Assembly (NCBI GenBank): GCA_964611005.1
Contig: CAZSZZ010000001.1
Location: 1-24,000 of the forward strand
DNA length: 24,000 nucleotides
Reading direction: 5' to 3'
Source of the DNA: an uncultured Candidatus Izemoplasmatales bacterium
Lineage (GTDB): Bacteria; Bacillota_I; Bacilli_A; Izemoplasmatales; Hujiaoplasmataceae
In this document: positions 1-11,355 of the stretch, piece by piece
Position numbering within the stretch: position 1 is the stretch's first letter
Layout of the letters: every line of letters begins with the position of its first letter
The notes under the pieces: model-generated
Database searches by the model: none
Seen by the model: only the letters and a program-made list of their open reading frames with translations
Told to the model about the DNA's origin: nothing
Program-made: the position numbers and the translations under genes

Positions 1-887
1 ACTTTAGGTGTTGATTTAACTTCAACTTTAAGTGTTGGTTTAACAACTTTTTTCGCTTCATCTTTAGGTGCTGTAACTGGTTCTTTTGATTTTACCTTAA
101 TTATTACTTTTTTATTTTCAGTATTGTCATCCGCAGATTTAACAGCAGGCTTAACACTAGTTTCTGTAACTTTTACATTTTTCTTAGCTTCTTCTTTTTC
201 TATAATACCATTTCTAGCTTCTACAACTGCATCAGCCATTTTTCCAACAATTAAACGAACTGAACGAAGTGCATCATCATTTGCAGGAATAATATAATCA
301 ACATCGTCTGGATCACAGTTTGTGTCAACTATTCCAAATACTGGTATATGTAATTTTCTAGCTTCTAATATTGCATTTCTCTCTTTTCTGGGATCAATAA
401 TAAAAATTGCTTGTGGTATTTTACGCATATCTTTAATCCCACCTAAGAATTTTTCTAAGCGTGCCATATCTTTTCTTAATCCAATAACTTCTTTTTTAGG
501 AAGAACATCAAATGTTCCATCTTTTTCCATTTTATAAAGATCATGCAATTTCTTAATTGAACGTTTAATAGTTTTAAAGTTAGTTAACGTTCCTCCTAAC
601 CATCTTTGATTTACATAAAATTGTCCAGATCTAATTGCTGCATCTTTAACCGGTTCTTGAGATTGTTTTTTTGTTCCAACAAATAATACTTGACCACCTT
701 CTGATACTATATCAAACAAGGCTTTGTAAGATACATCGATTAAATCACTAGTTTTTTGTAAATCAATAATATGGATACCATTTCTAGAAGTGTAAATGTA
801 CTTAGCCATTTTTGGATTCCATCTTCTAGTTTGATGTCCAAAGTGTACCCCTGCTTCTAACAGAGATTTCATTGATAATACTCCCAT
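1..887 (-). CDS. rpsB: 30S ribosomal protein S2, 3' end runs off the window
   Basis: Minus-strand translation from ATG at 885-887: [46 protein letters not shown]..., continuing through [15 protein letters not shown] and [29 protein letters not shown]. It has the AAGGAGG SD. It is missing from the ORF track because no stop lies in the window. Confidence 0.97.
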   Translation of the reverse strand, partial: MGVLSMKSLLEAGVHFGHQTRRWNPKMAKYIYTSRNGIHIIDLQKTSDLIDVSYKALFDIVSEGGQVLFVGTKKQSQEPVKDAAIRSGQFYVNQRWLGGTLTNFKTIKRSIKKLHDLYKMEKDGTFDVLPKKEVIGLRKDMARLEKFLGGIKDMRKIPQAIFIIDPRKERNAILEARKLHIPVFGIVDTNCDPDDVDYIIPANDDALRSVRLIVGKMADAVVEARNGIIEKEEAKKNVKVTETSVKPAVKSADDNTENKKVIIKVKSKEPVTAPKDEAKKVVKPTLKVEVKSTPK

Positions 888-988
888 TTTAAAAATCCTC
901 CTTTTGATTTCTGCCTCCACTTAATCAACGCTATTATCACCCGTAGGCTCACGATAAATCACTCATAAGTGTGTGTATTTTTACGGCC
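888..988 (-). promoter_or_regulatory. 5' leader of rpsB with potential alternative structures (candidate r-protein autoregulatory leader)
   Basis: About 100 nt between the predicted TSS and the rpsB start. Internal complementarities: CCGUA/UACGG, and AGGC on both sides of GCCU. Confidence 0.4.
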
Positions 989-993
989 TATAT

Positions 994-1022
994 ATTTTAC
1001 CAAATTTAGGCAAAGAAATCAA
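994..1022 (-). promoter_or_regulatory. sigma70-type promoter of rpsB
   Basis: Minus strand TTGATT (1022-1017), 17-nt spacer, TAAAAT (999-994). Confidence 0.75.
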
Positions 1023-1041
1023 GGAAAACATATAAGCAACT

Positions 1042-1077
1042 AAAAAAAAGGATTTAGTTCCCTGTAGAACCAAATCC
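1042..1077 (-). terminator. Rho-independent terminator of the upp-atp-dut transcript, overlapping the dut 3' coding end
   Basis: Minus strand GGATTTGGTTC-TACAGG-GAACTAAATCC followed by TTTTTTTT. This is an 11-bp stem with one G.U pair. Confidence 0.85.
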
Positions 1078-1500
1078 GCCTAATCTTTTTAGTGCATTTT
1101 GATCATTATCAACCGTTAAATATTTAATAAAAATTCCCTGAGCAATGCGTTCACCTTTTTCAATAATAACTGATTCTTCACCAAAATTATACAATATAAG
1201 CATTATTTCACCTTCATTATCGGGATTATTATAATAATCAGAATCTATAATTCCTACTCCATTAGCTTTCATTAATTTCTTTTTAAAAGATAAGCTACTT
1301 CTAGGATACATCTGTAAAACTTCATCTTTAGGCATAAAAGCCTTAATCCCCGTTGTAACAAAGGCAATCTCTTTTGGTTTGATTGTCACAGTTATAGCAG
1401 CCGAAAAATCGTACCCCGCACTTCCCGAAGTTTTTCTTTCAGGTAAAGAAATATTTGCGTCTTTAAATTTAGTTACAACTTCAAATCCTCGTTTTTTCAT
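1054..1500 (-). CDS. dut: dUTP diphosphatase (dUTPase)
   Basis: SAGYDFSA, PRSSLSFKKKL, GIIDSDYYNNPDNEGEIML, ERIAQGIF and the C-terminal GGFGSTGN motif. Confidence 0.96.
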   Translation of the reverse strand: MKKRGFEVVTKFKDANISLPERKTSGSAGYDFSAAITVTIKPKEIAFVTTGIKAFMPKDEVLQMYPRSSLSFKKKLMKANGVGIIDSDYYNNPDNEGEIMLILYNFGEESVIIEKGERIAQGIFIKYLTVDNDQNALKRLGGFGSTGN

Positions 1501-1510
1501 AATATAATCC

Positions 1511-1903
1511 TTATACTTGACCGGCTCCGGTCATTTTTATTTGTCTTTGTAATTCCTTCTCGGCTTTAGCCAATTCAATATTACGCTTTTTATTTTCTTC
1601 AGTTCTAACTTTTCTTATTTTATTAAGGTTTTCAAAAGCTTTTTCTTTTGATTTACCTATATAAGCATCTTGAGCAATTACTGTGATTAAATTATTTTTT
1701 TGTTCTACTACTCCATTAATAATAACAACATAAAAAACCATTTTACCTTGAATTAATTTTACATATCCTGTATCTATAGTAGATACAATTGGTAAGTGGT
1801 CTTTTAAAATTTCGTAGTCGCCATTATTAGAACTAGATACAATAACAGAAGATACTTCTTCATTATAAAGTTCTCCATCCGGAGTTACAATCACAATTTT
1901 CAT
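1511..1903 (-). CDS. atpC: F-type ATP synthase subunit epsilon
   Basis: Position after atpD; MKIVIVTPDGELYNEEV...DYEILKDHLPIVSTIDTGYVKL. Confidence 0.93.
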   Translation of the reverse strand: MKIVIVTPDGELYNEEVSSVIVSSSNNGDYEILKDHLPIVSTIDTGYVKLIQGKMVFYVVIINGVVEQKNNLITVIAQDAYIGKSKEKAFENLNKIRKVRTEENKKRNIELAKAEKELQRQIKMTGAGQV

Positions 1904-1912
1904 ATTTATCCC

Positions 1913-3334
<1,422 letters not shown>

Positions 3335-4210
3335 CTACTTGACAGCGTTTGCGCCACCAATAATATCATTTAATTCTAGTGTAATTTGTGCTTGGCGAGC
3401 ACGATTATAAATAAGATTCTGTTTTTGTATTATATCTAAAGCATTATCGGTTGCACTTTTCATAGCTGTCATACGTGATGCATGCTCAGATGTTTTAGCA
3501 TCTAAAATAATTCCATAAAGAGAATTTTCAAGATAGATTGGAAGTAATTGGTTTATTACCTCTTCGGTGGATGGTTCAAAAATATATTCTGAAACCATTT
3601 TATTTTTGTCAGCTATTAAATCAGTAATCGGTAATAATACTTCTTCAGTTGTTTTTTGAGAAATTGTATTTATATAATGTGAATAAATTAATACAATTTT
3701 ATCGACTTGTCTGTGTAAATACAAATCAATAAAAGCTCTTGACATTGCTTGAAAATCAATAAACCTCACATCATCTCGAGAATTAATTGATTCTTTATTC
3801 AACATATTAATTTTTTTTCTCTTACAAAAACTGTATGCTTTATATCCAATTGTCCCTACAATATATTCTTTACTTGATTTATGTCTTTTTAAAATTACAG
3901 TTTCAAAATAACGAATAACATTTGCATTATATGGACCAGCTAACCCTCTATCACTAGTAACTAGAATATATCCAGTTTTTTTAATTTCTCGTTTTTCTAG
4001 CAATGGATGAGTTAATTCTGGATTAGAAGATAATACTCCTTCTAAAATGTCTTTTACATGAGATTTAATCGGAATAAAAGCAAGATGCTTCTTTTCTACT
4101 CTTTTTAGTTTGGAAGCAGAAACCATGTTCATCGCCTTAGTTATTTGGGATGTTTTTCGCGTGGCTTCAATGCGATTTTTTATATCTCGAAGTGATGCCA
4201 AATTATTCAC
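3335..4210 (-). CDS. atpG: F-type ATP synthase subunit gamma
   Basis: NLASLRDIKNRIEATRKTSQITKAMNMVSASKL... and C-terminal ARQAQITLELNDIIGGANAV. Confidence 0.97.
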   Translation of the reverse strand: MNNLASLRDIKNRIEATRKTSQITKAMNMVSASKLKRVEKKHLAFIPIKSHVKDILEGVLSSNPELTHPLLEKREIKKTGYILVTSDRGLAGPYNANVIRYFETVILKRHKSSKEYIVGTIGYKAYSFCKRKKINMLNKESINSRDDVRFIDFQAMSRAFIDLYLHRQVDKIVLIYSHYINTISQKTTEEVLLPITDLIADKNKMVSEYIFEPSTEEVINQLLPIYLENSLYGIILDAKTSEHASRMTAMKSATDNALDIIQKQNLIYNRARQAQITLELNDIIGGANAVK

Positions 4211-4214
4211 CTAC

Positions 4215-5720
4215 TTACATAAAATCATTATGGAATCTATCTAATACTTTTCCTAATTTTTCTAAATCTGGTAAGTCTTTAGTTTTGAGTATATCTTGTA
4301 ATAATTTTTTACCTTCTTTATCACGTTTCATAAAATCATGTAATTCTGTTTCATATCTTTTAATATCATGCACTTTAATAGAATCAAGATATCCTTTATT
4401 TAAAGCATATATACTTATAGCTTGCAATTCAAAAGGAAGTGGTTCGTGCAATCCTTGTTTTAAAATCTCAACTGTACGTTCACCACGATCTAATTTTGCT
4501 TTAGTAGCATCATCCAAATCAGAACCAAATTGAGTAAAAGCTTCAAGTTCACGATAACTTGCCAAATCTAATCTTAATGTACCAGATATTCTTTTAATTG
4601 CTTTATGTTGAGCAGCTCCACCAACACGAGATACTGATAATCCCGCATTAATAGCTGGTCTTATTCCTGAAAAGAATAACTTAGATTGTAAAAAGATTTG
4701 ACCATCAGTAATTGAAATTACATTTGTAGGAATATATGCAGAAATATCTCCTTCCTGTGTTTCAATAATAGGTAGTGCAGTAATTGATCCCCCACCTAAT
4801 TTATCTGATAATTTTGCAGCTCTTTCTAATAATCTTGAATGAAGATAAAAAACATCTCCTGGAAAAGCTTCTCTACCAGGTGGTCTTCTTAATAACAATG
4901 ACAATTCACGATATGCAATCGCATGTTTTGTTAAATCATCATAGATAACCAAAACATGTTTTCCTTCAAACATAAATTCTTCTGCCATTGAAACGCCAGC
5001 ATAAGGAGCTAAAAATAGTAACGGTGCTGGATCACTAGCATTAGCCGCAACTATAATAGAATACTTCATCGCATCATAGCGTTTCAATGTTTCATATATA
5101 TTTAAAACTGTAGTTTGTTTTTGTCCAATAGCTACATAGATACAGATAACATCTTTACCTTTTTGGTTTAGAATAGTGTCAACCGCAATAGATGTTTTCC
5201 CAGTTTGACGATCACCAATAATCAATTCACGTTGACCTCTACCAATTGGAACAAGCGCATCTAATACTTTTAATCCTGTTTCTAATGGTTGAAAAACAGA
5301 TTGTCTATCAATAACTCCAGTAGCTTTTCGTTCAATAGCTCTAGTTTTTTTAGTATTGATTTTGCCTAATCCATCTATTGGATGTCCAAGTGGATTTACA
5401 ATTCTACCAATTAATTCTTCACCAACACCAACTTCTAGGATTCGCCCAGTAGATTTGACTTGGTCTCCTTCTTTAATCAGTGTTGAATCATTTAAAAGAA
5501 TCGCTCCCACATTGTTTTTTTCAAGATTTTGAACCATTCCATATACATCATTTGGGAAAATCAATAATTCTCCACTCATAGCGTTATCTAACCCATAAAT
5601 TAAGGCAATTCCATCGCCAACAGAAATGACTGTTCCTACATTTTCAGTTTTAAGCTTCTTTTCATATTTTCTAATCTGTTCTTTAAGTAAAGAACTAATT
5701 TCTAACGAATCTATCTTCAT
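4215..5720 (-). CDS. atpA: F-type ATP synthase subunit alpha
   Basis: [54 protein letters not shown]. Confidence 0.99.
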   Translation of the reverse strand: MKIDSLEISSLLKEQIRKYEKKLKTENVGTVISVGDGIALIYGLDNAMSGELLIFPNDVYGMVQNLEKNNVGAILLNDSTLIKEGDQVKSTGRILEVGVGEELIGRIVNPLGHPIDGLGKINTKKTRAIERKATGVIDRQSVFQPLETGLKVLDALVPIGRGQRELIIGDRQTGKTSIAVDTILNQKGKDVICIYVAIGQKQTTVLNIYETLKRYDAMKYSIIVAANASDPAPLLFLAPYAGVSMAEEFMFEGKHVLVIYDDLTKHAIAYRELSLLLRRPPGREAFPGDVFYLHSRLLERAAKLSDKLGGGSITALPIIETQEGDISAYIPTNVISITDGQIFLQSKLFFSGIRPAINAGLSVSRVGGAAQHKAIKRISGTLRLDLASYRELEAFTQFGSDLDDATKAKLDRGERTVEILKQGLHEPLPFELQAISIYALNKGYLDSIKVHDIKRYETELHDFMKRDKEGKKLLQDILKTKDLPDLEKLGKVLDRFHNDFM

Positions 5721-5730
5721 CGGTTACCCC

Positions 5731-6246
5731 TTATTCTAACAAGCTAGATTTGATATTATCTAATTGCTTATTTATTGTTTCATCAATAATGTTACCTTCA
5801 AATTCTATTCTAAATCCACCTAATATAGATTTATCGATAACTTCTTCAATTTCAATTGATCTTTTATAAATTTTTTTTAATTTTATTTTAATTTTATTTA
5901 TATTTTCTTTCTTCAAAGGATAATTAGAAATCACTTTAACTTGCATCACTTTATTTATTTCATCTAAAATGTCTTGATATGAAGCTAAAATAGCCTCAAT
6001 AATATTTATTCTATCGTTTTCAATTAAAACCTTTAAAAAATTTGTTAATAAAGAATCCTTAACGGTATTTTCTATTAATTTCATTTTATCTACTTTTTCA
6101 ATTCTTGGATGAGCAAAAAATTTGTATACTTCATCATCCATACCTTGTATAAAATTAGATAATATCTCTTTAAATCTTTCAGCTTTATCAATTTCATCAG
6201 CTAACGAAAAAACAGCTAATGCATATTGATATGCAATACCTGTCAT
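5731..6246 (-). CDS. atpH: F-type ATP synthase subunit delta
   Basis: Position between atpF and atpA; YALAVFSLA... and ILGGFRIEFEGNIIDETINKQLDNIKSSL. Confidence 0.92.
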   Translation of the reverse strand: MTGIAYQYALAVFSLADEIDKAERFKEILSNFIQGMDDEVYKFFAHPRIEKVDKMKLIENTVKDSLLTNFLKVLIENDRINIIEAILASYQDILDEINKVMQVKVISNYPLKKENINKIKIKLKKIYKRSIEIEEVIDKSILGGFRIEFEGNIIDETINKQLDNIKSSLLE

Positions 6247-6779
6247 ACATTTTCACTACTTTCTATATGATTAATAACTAAGTCTTGATATTCCTTTTCA
6301 TCAATCTCTTTTTCAATAATTTTTGAAGCCATCATAGTAGCTATATCAACAGCTTCTTTTTGAATACTGCTTCTAGCTTTTTTCTTTTCAAGTTCTATTT
6401 GTAATTGAGCTTGAGTTAATAATTCTTGAGCTTCTTTTTTGGCTTTGGTAACAATTATTTCATGTTCTTCTTCACCGCGTTCAATAGCTTTATTGATAAA
6501 GGTTTTAGATTTTAATTTTAATTCTTGATATTCTTTATCTGTTTTTTGTTGAAGAATTTGAGCTTCTTCATTAGCTTTTTTAGCAGAAGAGAATTCTTCT
6601 TCCATTAGTTCTTTTCTTTTTTTGATAAAGTCTTTAACATTATCCCAAAAATAATGACGAACAATTAGAACCAAAATCAAGGTAGCACCTATTTGAATTA
6701 GCATATCACTTAAACTAGCTCCAAGTGCGTTTTCAATAGCCTCAGACACAGCCTCCATCATTCGTTGAAGTGCAGTCAT
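6243..6779 (-). CDS. atpF: F-type ATP synthase subunit b
   Basis: Single N-terminal TM segment followed by a long charged coiled coil; lies between atpE and atpH. Confidence 0.94.
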   Translation of the reverse strand: MTALQRMMEAVSEAIENALGASLSDMLIQIGATLILVLIVRHYFWDNVKDFIKKRKELMEEEFSSAKKANEEAQILQQKTDKEYQELKLKSKTFINKAIERGEEEHEIIVTKAKKEAQELLTQAQLQIELEKKKARSSIQKEAVDIATMMASKIIEKEIDEKEYQDLVINHIESSENV

Positions 6780-6810
6780 GACATTCCTCCTTTGAAGATT
6801 GAATTAGTTT

Positions 6811-7779
<969 letters not shown>

Positions 7780-7796
<17 letters not shown>

Positions 7797-8166
7797 CCCC
7801 CTTGTTAGCTGAAATTATCGCAACCGGGTAAGTAACTATCCGAAATGTCAATAATCCTACAAATGTCAAATATACATTCCAATCAGGATCAGTATGTGAG
7901 ACATATAAAATTATACCAAAAAATACATATTTTACAAGATAAATTATTATCGTCCTTGACTTTATTTTTTCAGGATTATTTTTAAAAAGATTTTTCATAA
8001 TACGATAATTCATTGACTGCATCAACAAAACAGAAAAAACTCCTAAAAGAAAACTGATAACAAAATCAAAATTATGAGAAATAAAATATAAAACAATAGA
8101 AAAAACAATTGCATAAGGCCAACAAAATAAAAATGTTTTTTCAATGATGTTCATCTTTTTCTTCAT
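7780..8166 (-). CDS. atpI: ATP synthase protein I-like small membrane protein
   Basis: Four apparent TM segments immediately upstream of atpB. The track starts at a TTG (8184); the ATG at 8166 has a GGAGG SD 8 nt upstream and is the likelier start. Confidence 0.7.
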
Positions 8167-8416
8167 TTTCGTTACCTCCTGCAATATTTTTAATTACTCT
8201 TTTAATTAAATTTACTAATCCTGATAACATACCTAATAATATTAGAATGTACATTAAAATATCTTTATTTTCAAAAAATAAATTATCTAAAAAACGTCCT
8301 AAAAAATATCCAATAATCATTCCTACAAAAGTTTCTATAAAAAACTGGTATATTAAATTAAGGGCAAATAATAGCGACTCGTTTTTTTTACTTTGTGCCA
8401 AATAATCTATCCCCAC
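8141..8416 (-). CDS. atpZ: AtpZ/AtpI-family small membrane protein (start ambiguous: GTG at 8416 or a downstream TTG)
   Basis: Two TM hairpin with [17 protein letters not shown], upstream of atpI. Coding start overlaps the upp 3' end. Confidence 0.65.
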   Translation of the reverse strand: MGIDYLAQSKKNESLLFALNLIYQFFIETFVGMIIGYFLGRFLDNLFFENKDILMYILILLGMLSGLVNLIKRVIKNIAGGNENEEKDEHH

Positions 8417-9014
8417 AATCCCCTAAGCCTGGAACAATATATCCCATATCATTTAGTTTTTCATCTATTGATACTAAATATATATCTATATCAGGATGTG
8501 CTTTTTGAAGTGCTTCAACTCCTTCGGGGCAACCTACAATTCCTACAAAACGAATATCTTTAGCTCCTGCCCTTTTTACTCTTGTAATAGCTGCAATCGC
8601 GCTACCTCCAGTAGCTAACATAGGGTCAACTACTAATACAGTAGCATCAACAATTTCCTTTGGAAACTTTAAATAATATTCATGTGGTTCTAAAGTTTTC
8701 TCATCTCTATATAGACCAATGTGACCTATTTTAGCTGTTGGTATTACATTGTGAATACCATCAACCATACCAAGACCAGCACGCAATATTGGTACTATAA
8801 CAACATCTTTAGCTAAAACGTCACATGTTGTTTTAGCTACAGGAGTTTCTATTTTTATTGATTTAGTTTTTAAATCTCTAGTTACTTCAAAAGTAACTAA
8901 AGATCCGATTTCATTAACATTTTCTCTAAATGTTTTTGTATCAGTAAATTTATTGCGAATAATCGATAATTTGTGTTGAATTAAAGGATGATCAAATAAT
9001 ACTACTTTTCCCAT
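8388..9014 (-). CDS. upp: Uracil phosphoribosyltransferase
   Basis: [70 protein letters not shown]; GGAGGT SD. Confidence 0.98.
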   Translation of the reverse strand: MGKVVLFDHPLIQHKLSIIRNKFTDTKTFRENVNEIGSLVTFEVTRDLKTKSIKIETPVAKTTCDVLAKDVVIVPILRAGLGMVDGIHNVIPTAKIGHIGLYRDEKTLEPHEYYLKFPKEIVDATVLVVDPMLATGGSAIAAITRVKRAGAKDIRFVGIVGCPEGVEALQKAHPDIDIYLVSIDEKLNDMGYIVPGLGDCGDRLFGTK

Positions 9015-9139
9015 ATTACCTCCTGATTTTTATTATTTTTATATATATTCTTAAATCATATATAATTCGACTTTATATTTGATATTTTTATATAGATAAA
9101 TATTTAAAAAAGATAATCTCTATCAATGTTCTTTCTTCA

Positions 9140-9168
9140 ATTATAACAAAATCCTAATCTTATTACAA
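9140..9168 (-). promoter_or_regulatory. Promoter of the upp-atp-dut operon
   Basis: Minus strand TTGTAA (9168-9163), 17-nt spacer, consensus TATAAT (9145-9140). Confidence 0.75.
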
Positions 9169-9181
9169 TAAAACAAAACTT

Positions 9182-9208
9182 AAAAAAGGGACGATTTTAT
9201 ACGTCTCT
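9182..9208 (-). terminator. Rho-independent terminator after the GGDEF gene, overlapping its last codons
   Basis: Minus strand AGAGACG-TATAAAAT-CGTCCCT followed by a T run; 7-bp stem with one mismatch. Confidence 0.6.
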
Positions 9209-10132
9209 TGAATAAGAAATATTACCCTTACCTCTACTTTTGGCATGGTACATTGTTCTATCGGCTAAATCCAATAAGTTATCTATATTAAAATTAGTAC
9301 CTTTTATAGGGATAATACCTATGGAAGCACTAACTTCAACCTGTTCTCCTTCTTGGTTTAATTTCTCTACATCATAAATAATTTGTAAAGCGTTTCTATA
9401 AGCTTCCTTCTCAGTTGAATCAATTAAATAAACAAAAAATTCATCTCCACCTAAACGATAATAATGTTTATTATAGTTTTCATCAGAAAACAAAAATTTC
9501 TGTCCTAATTCCCTTAAATACTTATCGCCTTTCATATGTCCAAAAACATCATTAATACGTTTAAAATTATCAATATCAAAATATAATCCATATGACAATA
9601 AAGATTCATCAGCTCGTTGTAAATGATATTTTAATGCTTCTTTAGAATATAATCCTGTTAAAACATCTATATATTTATTTTGATAATATTTAATAGCATC
9701 TGGAACTGATTTTGTTTTCCAATTAACTCTACCAAATATAAGTTTTAAATCTTTTCTCTTTTTTATTGTATTGAATACACAAGCAACCCAAATTAATTCT
9801 CCATTTATTCTAAAAGGAAAATATACTTCAGAATCTGATTCACTATTATTTATTAATTCAAATAAATAATTAAGATATCTATCCTTACCTATAACATAAG
9901 ATACAGGATTATCAAATTCAATATAAGGCATAAAATCTTTAACATATAAATGGTCTCTTTTTTCAATTCCATAACATTCAGTGTTTCCAGATAAAATAAA
10001 TAGCTCTGATTCTGTTAGTTTATTGTAATCAAAGCAAAAAACAATATGATGATCATCAGCTAGTAATATTTCATCTATAACATCTACATCAAATGTATCA
10101 CTTATTTTTTTTCTAATTATTTCATTAATCAT
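9197..10132 (-). CDS. GGDEF-domain protein, putative diguanylate cyclase
   Basis: FDIDNFKRINDVFGHMKGDKYLRELGQ, YYRLGGDEFFVYL, VSASIGIIPIKG, ADRTMYHAKSRGKGN; about 140-aa sensory-like N-terminal region of unknown type. Confidence 0.9.
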   Translation of the reverse strand: MINEIIRKKISDTFDVDVIDEILLADDHHIVFCFDYNKLTESELFILSGNTECYGIEKRDHLYVKDFMPYIEFDNPVSYVIGKDRYLNYLFELINNSESDSEVYFPFRINGELIWVACVFNTIKKRKDLKLIFGRVNWKTKSVPDAIKYYQNKYIDVLTGLYSKEALKYHLQRADESLLSYGLYFDIDNFKRINDVFGHMKGDKYLRELGQKFLFSDENYNKHYYRLGGDEFFVYLIDSTEKEAYRNALQIIYDVEKLNQEGEQVEVSASIGIIPIKGTNFNIDNLLDLADRTMYHAKSRGKGNISYSRDV

Positions 10133-10697
10133 GATTTTCTCCCTGAATAACTACTCCACCTTGCCTTAAAACTTTTTTTTGAGTTAAGTCATATACAGTA
10201 GATGGTATTTCGTAAAGGTCCCCACCTTGAATAATATAATCAACTTTATCGTGAAATTTATGGATGTCTATATATTTAGTAATTGGAGCTTGATTGCTCA
10301 AGTTAAGGCTTGTCACAACCATTGGACCGTATTTTTTCAATATCTCTAAACTGATTTTATTTCCGGGGATTCTTATTCCAACTGTGTTTCTGTTTGAGGT
10401 TATTATATCATAAACAGATTCATTTTTAAAGAAAATAATAGTTAACTTTCCCGGCCAATATTTTTTTAAATAACTTGGTACTTTTTGTCCTTCACGAATC
10501 AAAGTGGTAACTTGTTTTAAATTAGCACATAAAATTACCATTGGTTTATTATAGTCTCTATTTTTAATTTCATAGATTTTCCTTATAGAATCAATATCAT
10601 TATACAAGCATCCTATTCCATAAACAGTATCTGTAGGAAATATAATTATTTTACCTGTAAAATCATAATCTAAATAATTATTTTCATTTAAAATCAT
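10125..10697 (-). CDS. tsaC: L-threonylcarbamoyladenylate synthase (TsaC/Sua5/YwlC family)
   Basis: GKIIIFPTDTVYGIGCLYND, IYEIKNRDYNKPMVIL, WPGKLTIIF, TVGIRIPG, GPMVVTSLNLSNQAP, PSTVYDL, LRQGG. The track uses a GTG at 10706; the ATG at 10697 fits its SD better. Confidence 0.92.
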   Translation of the reverse strand: MILNENNYLDYDFTGKIIIFPTDTVYGIGCLYNDIDSIRKIYEIKNRDYNKPMVILCANLKQVTTLIREGQKVPSYLKKYWPGKLTIIFFKNESVYDIITSNRNTVGIRIPGNKISLEILKKYGPMVVTSLNLSNQAPITKYIDIHKFHDKVDYIIQGGDLYEIPSTVYDLTQKKVLRQGGVVIQGENHD

Positions 10698-10698
10698 A

Positions 10699-11355
10699 TT
10701 AGTCACCCTTTATAACTTTGAATAACTCTTCAGTAGTTCTTACAATATAACTAGCTCCAGATTCTCTTAACTCATCTTCTTTACGAAATCCCCATAAAAC
10801 TCCCACGCTTCTAAGACTAGCATTTTTAGCCGTTTTCATATCAATATTAGTATCCCCAACGTATAGAATATCTTTCAAATCTAAATTTAGCTTAAAAATT
10901 ATTTCTTTAATGGATGTCGGGTTTGGCTTAATTGGATATTTAGGTTTTTTTCCATAAACAAAATCAAATTCAATATCACTTAAATATTTTTTAACTACCT
11001 CTTCTACTTGGTAATGAGGTTTATTAGATAATATATTTAATGAAACATTATTTTTATTCAAACGTTTCAATAATTTTATTATTCCAGGATAAGGTTTTGT
11101 CTTAATTGATTTTCTTTTAGCATATTCTTCTAAATAGCTATTTTTAAGCTTATCAGTCATATTAAAATCTAAGTTATTTATTTCTACAATTTTGTTAATA
11201 AATTCATCTACTCCTTTACCAACAAGATATTTATAATCTTCTATTCCATACTCTTTTATATTAAATTTCTTTAAAGTTGCATTCATACTATCAGAAATAT
11301 CAGATATTGTATCAAGTAAAGTACCATCTAAATCAAATATTACTGCCTTGAACAT
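10699..11355 (-). CDS. Possible independently initiated HAD phosphatase (218 aa) nested in the fusion ORF
   Basis: AGGAGG (11366-11361) - 5 nt - ATG (11355-11353) directly at the HAD domain start MFKAVIFDLDGT. Confidence 0.65.
   Translation of the reverse strand: MFKAVIFDLDGTLLDTISDISDSMNATLKKFNIKEYGIEDYKYLVGKGVDEFINKIVEINNLDFNMTDKLKNSYLEEYAKRKSIKTKPYPGIIKLLKRLNKNNVSLNILSNKPHYQVEEVVKKYLSDIEFDFVYGKKPKYPIKPNPTSIKEIIFKLNLDLKDILYVGDTNIDMKTAKNASLRSVGVLWGFRKEDELRESGASYIVRTTEELFKVIKGD

Noticed and set aside
9015-9139. Possible riboswitch or T-box leader upstream of upp
   Set aside because: The leader is nearly pure A/T with no stable paired elements or conserved motif visible, and no terminator/antiterminator before the SD.
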